Below are positions 58,214-64,000 of a DNA stretch of 64,000 bases, piece by piece. Numbering within the stretch: the stretch's first letter is position 1; each line of letters begins with the position of its first letter. The stretch is from Piedraia hortae CBS 480.64 (taxonomy: Eukaryota). The translations under genes and the position numbers were made by a program. The notes under the pieces were generated by a model. The model saw nothing but the letters and a program-made list of their open reading frames with translations, ran no database searches and was not told the origin of the DNA. The stretch is taken from NCBI GenBank assembly GCA_010093745.1, contig MU005962.1:1-64000 (forward strand), read 5' to 3'.

Positions 58214-60045
58214 ATGCAGCGTCAACCTCGCGGCTCAGCCCAGAGTAGCGTAGAGCCAATTGGAAGCGGAGTACCAAAGACCACGTCCCTCAATCTAACT
58301 GTCCCGTCATGGACACCCGTGTGAAGTACCGATTGGGATTCCCGACTCTCCTGGTAATGCCTGTCGTTACGACGGAAGTATAAGACCACAGATATCCTGC
58401 AATTCCCAACATCCTGTCACAAACACACGAGATCATTTCTGCCCAGACACTCAGATTCATGGGCACTCCTCGTCTGGCTCGCAGACGGCAGCTGCATCAG
58501 CCGCCTACTAATGGGTGTTCTGACACTTTTGATCTTGGCCAGGGATCTAAACTCACCTAGATCACCTAGAAGATGGGAGGAAGTCGTGAGAAGCCAAAAG
58601 GGCACCGAAACATCCACGTCAAAGTTATCGATGCTAATGTTGAACTTTGGGGCTTTGGGACAAGAGCACTTTCCCATGACGAGTATGCCGTGATTGAGGC
58701 CTCGAGGACCGTCGAACAAAGTCTATTTTCGATTATACAAACCCAAGCATGGCTATCGGTGGACCTGCTGTGGAGATGTCTGGCTGGTCTTGACGACAAA
58801 GATCCCTTTGCTCCAACCATCGTCATAGCTGCTTCCGATGCAGATACACCTGACGAGCTTGACGCCGGACCGTTACACTGAGGTTGAGGGCAATGGGAGA
58901 CAGGCTTTGCCTACTCCGTTCATTACTGCTGCTGATTGTTTCCGGCCACTGCGTATGGGAACATCAATAAGACTTAGCGGTGACAAAAGCGCTCCGGCAC
59001 GCTGGGCAGCTTTTTCCGGTTGGGAGACAACTCTGGAAAGGACCTGGGGCATTTCGGACTGACGAATCATCACGTCTTGTTTCATAAATCCGTGTACGCA
59101 GGTACCAATACCGCGACAAACGCTCCGATTCCCCCTGGCCATCAACTCCTCGCCAATGGATCATTGGGCATTGTCAGCCAATCAGATGAGGACCATGATC
59201 TGTTCGTGGCCTATTGGGAGCATTCCGTGATAAGAGGACTGCAAGATTTACAGAATTGGAATTCAGCATAGATCCCAGATACGTAACACCAAATCAAGCC
59301 TTTGAGCGGAACTCTCTCCAACGCACGGAAGGGGAGGTTCGAAATGAACTTGCCGCTGCGAATATAGTAAGGCCCATTGGGACGATCTTCGCTGGGTCAG
59401 GTTATCGCGCACGTCAGAACCCCTTGTTTACACCAGTCCAATCTTCCACGATCAAAGACACAAAAAAAAGCTCGGCTCAACAATTCCGAGGCTGAGAGAG
59501 ATTGTCCGGGTGCTGAACAGCCATGGGCTCTCGATTGGTGCCTGGTTTAACTGGTCTTACCATCAGAAGTCAGCGTAACTGTTCCCCGCTAGAGCTGGTT
59601 GGTCAATTTAGACTCCGTCAGTGATGTCGATATATGGAAAAGGCTCTTGGCAGGTCATACCTACTCCGTTGCAAAGTACGGACGTAGCTAAAAGTGGACG
59701 ACCGACCAGATCAATGCAGTTTGTAGCTATCGAAACCTGCGAAGCAATAACGGCAACTTGGCCCTGGGTTTTCTCGACGCTTCGCAGAGTCGACCTGCCT
59801 TGTTTTGGGGCATCATATATCTGCAAAACGAGCCAATGCTGCTGTTGAGCGGAGACTCTGGTAGCTTAATCTTGTTGAACGAATCACCAAGCTCAAGCCT
59901 TTCGGCCAGTGTCGTTGGGTTGGGGTTCGCCGGCGATCCCTTTACTAATGTCTCAAGCATGGTGCCCATAGATCTGGTCATCAAGTAAATTGAAGAGGCT
60001 TGCAAGGTGAAGGTAGTTAGCCCAGTATTTGTTGGTGATGCGTAG
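58214..60045 (+). pseudogene. Trypsin-fold serine protease pseudogene (Ssy5/Nal1-like family)
   Basis: Triad motifs across frameshifts: GLTNHHV (H), ALDWCLV (D), VAKSGRPT, SGDSGSLI (S), VVGLGFAG. Confidence 0.75.
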
Positions 60046-60718
60046 ATGATTGTGGGTAGAAAGCCGTAGCAGACAGAAGCAATTGTCCTTCCGCGTCTCT
60101 TGCTGATTAAAATGCGTTGTAAACTTGTCAGAGGCCTGCTAGTAAGTAGTGAAGTCTTATAGAGGTGCAATTTCCCTCTGGAAAACCAACTTCATGTCTT
60201 GATGTTATAACTGTAGGAACGTCTAGAGACGTCGTCTGCCATGTATGTACGGCCTGCCATGCTTTACCGATAGTCGATGGCATTTGAACAGGCGGACTCC
60301 ACCTCTGACTTTCACTTTGATTACCCGTCTCATGACCAAAATGATCCGAGTGGTATAGTTACCCCAAACTAAACCGAAACTTTCATTCAGAGTATCACAC
60401 TCACCACAGAACAACCCATGAAAATATCAGAAGACCATCCACAAATGATGGTGCACGTAGCAACGTCGCTGAGCCATGTCCGCAGCCTAATGTCACATCC
60501 ATGAGAGATAGCATCTTCACCTAAACCTTTCTCACCCTACTGTACAAACCCTGCCTCTCTCTCGCACCAAAAAAAGTCATCCACAACGTCAAACCCAAAA
60601 GGTGCTATTTACCCTAAACTGCCCCACAACTGATAAGCAATCGATAGATACGCGGGGTACATGCTGTAGATCTCTACTCCAGTACAGTCCCGCAAACCGC
60701 AGCATCCCTCACCACAAG

Positions 60719-61210
60719 ATGAGCGCATCAGCCTTCTTCTACGGCACCCTAATGTGCGAGCCCGTCCTCTCACGAGTTATTGGTCGCGATGCATCTACCC
60801 TCCCCCAACACAAAGCCTTACTCGAAGGGCACGTTCGTAAGAGGATTAAGGGGATGGATTACCCCGCCGTTATTAAGGCTCCGGAAAATACCGCGAATTC
60901 AGTCCTGGGAGTTTACGCCTCGAGTCTAACAGAGATGGACATCAAAAGGTTAGACTTATTCGAAGGGGAGGAATATACTCGGCGAAATGTTACAGTGAAG
61001 TTGCTTGAGGGGGATGAGAAGACTGTCCAGACGCAGACATACATTTATAAAGCCACGCCGGCTGATCTCGAGGAGGGTGAGTGGGATTTTGAGGCGTTTA
61101 AGCGGGATAAACTTGACATCTGGGCTGGGAAGAGCGCAGACGGGGGCGAGGGGACTGGAGGGAGGGGGATTGGGGGCGATATATGGACATCTGTATCTTC
61201 ATCTAGATAA
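60719..61210 (+). CDS. AIG2-like / GGCT-fold protein
   Basis: FFYGTLM, DYPAV, LDLFEGEEY, EWDFEAF. Confidence 0.9.
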   Translation: MSASAFFYGTLMCEPVLSRVIGRDASTLPQHKALLEGHVRKRIKGMDYPAVIKAPENTANSVLGVYASSLTEMDIKRLDLFEGEEYTRRNVTVKLLEGDEKTVQTQTYIYKATPADLEEGEWDFEAFKRDKLDIWAGKSADGGEGTGGRGIGGDIWTSVSSSR

Positions 61211-61211
61211 A

Positions 61212-61992
61212 TTATGCTTTTCCATCTTCGAGGGTAATTGTTGGGGTATCTCCGTACATGGCGAATTGCAAGCCTAGTAAGGCGTCGCACACAGCTTGAA
61301 ATATGGCGCAGAAACGAAAAACCCATGGCACGGGCTTTATGAAAAGGTAGGATAGTTTGAAGGCGTCGCCGACGACCCAGTTGGCTAACACGGAGAAGCG
61401 AAAGCCTTTGCACGAGCGCAAGCGGCGGTTTTGTAAAATTTGTGGTACGGGGAGGATGGCTTCTATTCCCAGTGCCACGAGACCTTGGAGCGATGTGTAT
61501 GCTGTGCTGTGGTTCCCCATCAGGAACTGAAGAACGGCTAACGCCGCTGTGTAGCTGCCGAGAAAGTTCCAGTAGGGACGCTGCGCGGTCCATCGCCAGA
61601 AGGAATATGGGCGGGAAGATGTCCTTGGTCGGAGACTACTGGATGGCAGAGTCGGCAAAACAGAGGTGCGGTTAGCCAGCGCGACGTGCAGGAGGATGAC
61701 CTGCACGATGCACATAAGTATGGCTTGCAGGAGGAGCGGCGTGTCAAAGCGTGAGCCCAGCCAGTAGAATAATCTGAGGTGTTCATGGTCAATGACCATG
61801 GAGGAGACCTCGAGATGGGTCGAGGACTCACTTCAGGATCGAGGATACGAGCATGATGAGCGGAATGTCAAGCGAGAAGCCCGCAGACGACCGCGTACGG
61901 TGGATGCTCCATATCTGATCGGCATACGATGTGATGGGAGACGATACTATGAATATCGGCGCAGTGTGCGTGATGAGCCATCTGAATGACAT
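61212..61992 (-). CDS. PQ-loop repeat membrane protein (Any1-like)
   Basis: SPITSYADQ..GFSLDIPLIML, EAILPVPQIL..SCKGFR; intron 61774-61831. Confidence 0.88.
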
Positions 61993-62243
61993 TGTTCAAA
62001 GGTGAGGTTGGTGTCAAATCCCGTCTGATTGGTTACCGGGATTGCGCAGATGTTCTGATTGGCTGGACGAATGGGACCTTGCATAACCGTCATGCCATAG
62101 GTGGGGGTACCCACGTTGATCCCAAGCGAGGCGACTGAACTTTACAAAACGCCGATGCCATGGTCAGATGAAGGGTGTAGAGCTTTGAAAACACTAGTTA
62201 TATCCCACAACTTGCAGGCATTCACCATTAATCGCTGTGCCGG

Positions 62244-63929
62244 CTACATATAATGCACCTTATCGTTTTTGCTCCATCTTCTGAACGTCTTGCCGTAAAA
62301 ATAAAACACAAAGCCAAATAGACACCATAGAACCAGCAGGCACATGTTCGTCATGATGGGCGGGATATAGCCATGTTTCTCTAACCACGGGACAAGGAAC
62401 TCGGAGAACCCATAGCCCCAAACATTTTTGTTCACAGTGACAGCAACCATGACTGAAGCTGCAACTGGCTTGTACGAGTCGACGCTGTATGTCGTGACAA
62501 TGGCAGGCAGAGCGGTGACCTGGATGCCAACGCAGGTGTAGCCTACGACAACGATGATGGCCCAGTGCCACTTGTGCTCCATGCCAAATGCAACGATGAA
62601 GTTGCTAAGAATCATGATGAGGACGTACGGGATCATGGTTGGCAACCGCATTTCCGGCTCACGAACGCCTGCAGAGGGTCAACCAACTGCCAATAATAAA
62701 TATCGAGAGAAACTTACCGTTGTTCTTTCGCGTTGCGCGATCGCTAACCCAGTCTGACAACGGACCAGCTGTGATCAAACCAATCATGGCTCCGATCAGG
62801 ATTGCAAAGTTCGTGAAGCCAATGGTCTGCGCGCTGAAATCATACGGAGGCGCAGCGAAATGGTGTGACTGGGTGAGATTGAGCGTTAAGAGCACGCTGG
62901 CAGCCCATGAGCTCACAAAGGCAGCGAACTCGACGATGGGAAAGGCAAACATCTTCCACGGCGTCCAGAGTTCGATGCCGATTGCTTTTAATGGGTTCTC
63001 GCTGGGAGAGTATATGCCCCATTGCTTCTTTCCGGGATAGCCTTTGTTCAGAAAAGGATCTTGGTCTCGAGCTGCGGCATGGTCCGAGGTTTCAAAGTTC
63101 GCGTCGTTTTTCTCGGTTGCAGGGGTTTCATCAGGATGTGGGCGGTGCCATTTGGTCTCGGGAAACATGAAAATGACCATGAGAAGTGAAACTCCGATCA
63201 TAGCAGTGTTCAGCCACCAGAAATTTCTCCACCCAACGTGCAGCGAAACAGAACCAGAGAGAATTGGCCCAATCATGAGCGAGGATAGGTAGAAGGCCCA
63301 ATACATCGTCATCCAGAAACCTCGGTCATGCAGAAAGAACATATCCGAAATGACGGCGGGCTGGATACTCTCACCCGGTCCAGCTGCGATTCCGTTGAGA
63401 ACACAGGCTCCCATGAAGCTGCTGTAGTCCGTGGCCACGGCGCGCCAGATGGATGAGACGAAGCATAGGAGCTGGGAAAATATATAAACCGGTCGTCTTC
63501 CAAACGCCGTACTCAATGGTACCCATATGAAATTGGAGAAGCCCAGAACGAGTACAGCAACACCAGTGAACTTGATGACTTCTGCGAGGCTGGAGTGAAA
63601 GTCTTTCATGTACAAGGGAAACATTGGCGCCAGCGCCAACGGTCCCAGGCCTTGAGTAAAGGAAACCGTCGTGGCTGCTACAATACACATAATCTTCCAC
63701 TTGGGGCTCCAGTTACTTTCCCCAAATCAGCATCGCATATGCGAAACCAAAAGTTGACTCACAGAGGATCGTGCGCATCGTCGGACGGTTGCGGTACCAA
63801 AACATGGGAGCCGCGCTTGACAAAGTGAACGTCACCGACATCAGTCATGATTTCTGTGCCGGGCAGGATCTCAGCATGGAGCTCCTGCTCCATGCGGTGC
63901 AGCTTCTCGGCATCGTAGTTCATCTCCAT
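62244..63929 (-). CDS. MFS transporter (Hol1-like)
   Basis: LVPQPSDDAHDPL, FGRRPVY, DMFFLHDRG, GWRNFWW, REPEMRLP; introns ~63717-63762 and 62669-62717. Confidence 0.92.
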
Positions 63930-64000
63930 CTTGGCGCGAGGGAACAGAGAGCAACGGAACGAGAAGGGCGCGATAAGAAAGAACGTAGAAGACGAGGCTT

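Noticed and set aside
1..64000. Starship or other giant cargo element
   Set aside because: No DUF3435 tyrosine-recombinase captain recognised; the intact genes are ordinary housekeeping genes.

Overview
Eukaryotic DNA from a filamentous ascomycete (Pezizomycotina-type genes, GT-AG introns of about 46-58 nt with CTRAY branch points, one intron-containing tRNA). Three very compact, intron-poor blocks of housekeeping genes alternate with three islands of decayed transposons and pseudogenes. Gene blocks: 15.3-27.3 kb (YPT7, IMP1, PFA3, tRNA-Val, MYND protein, HSBP1, EBP2, a signal-peptide GGCT-fold protein, a C2H2 protein); 36.5-49.5 kb (MGM1, PPPDE-Trx-PUL, GDA1, MKT1, CAF16, MOD5, a hypothetical, TLG1); 60.7-63.9 kb (AIG2/GGCT, PQ-loop, MFS). 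Repeat islands lie at 0-15 kb, 27.7-36.3 kb and 49.7-60 kb. Most notable: (1) a full-length 7.6-kb TIR transposon (6277-13908) with CCTAG termini, TA flanks, subterminal repeat arrays, a CACTA/CMC-like DDE transposase and a divergent second gene of unknown family that reads in frame once a solo LTR is removed; (2) a 1.4-kb TGT...ACA long-TIR element with possible integrase remnants (Ginger-like); (3) an old direct duplication of a WD40-pseudogene/MGM1 block containing an abrupt near-identical tract (gene-conversion signature); (4) extreme gene packing, including 19 bp between the TLG1 stop and the next same-strand ATG. All homology calls are from motif recognition and by-eye alignment; no searches were run.
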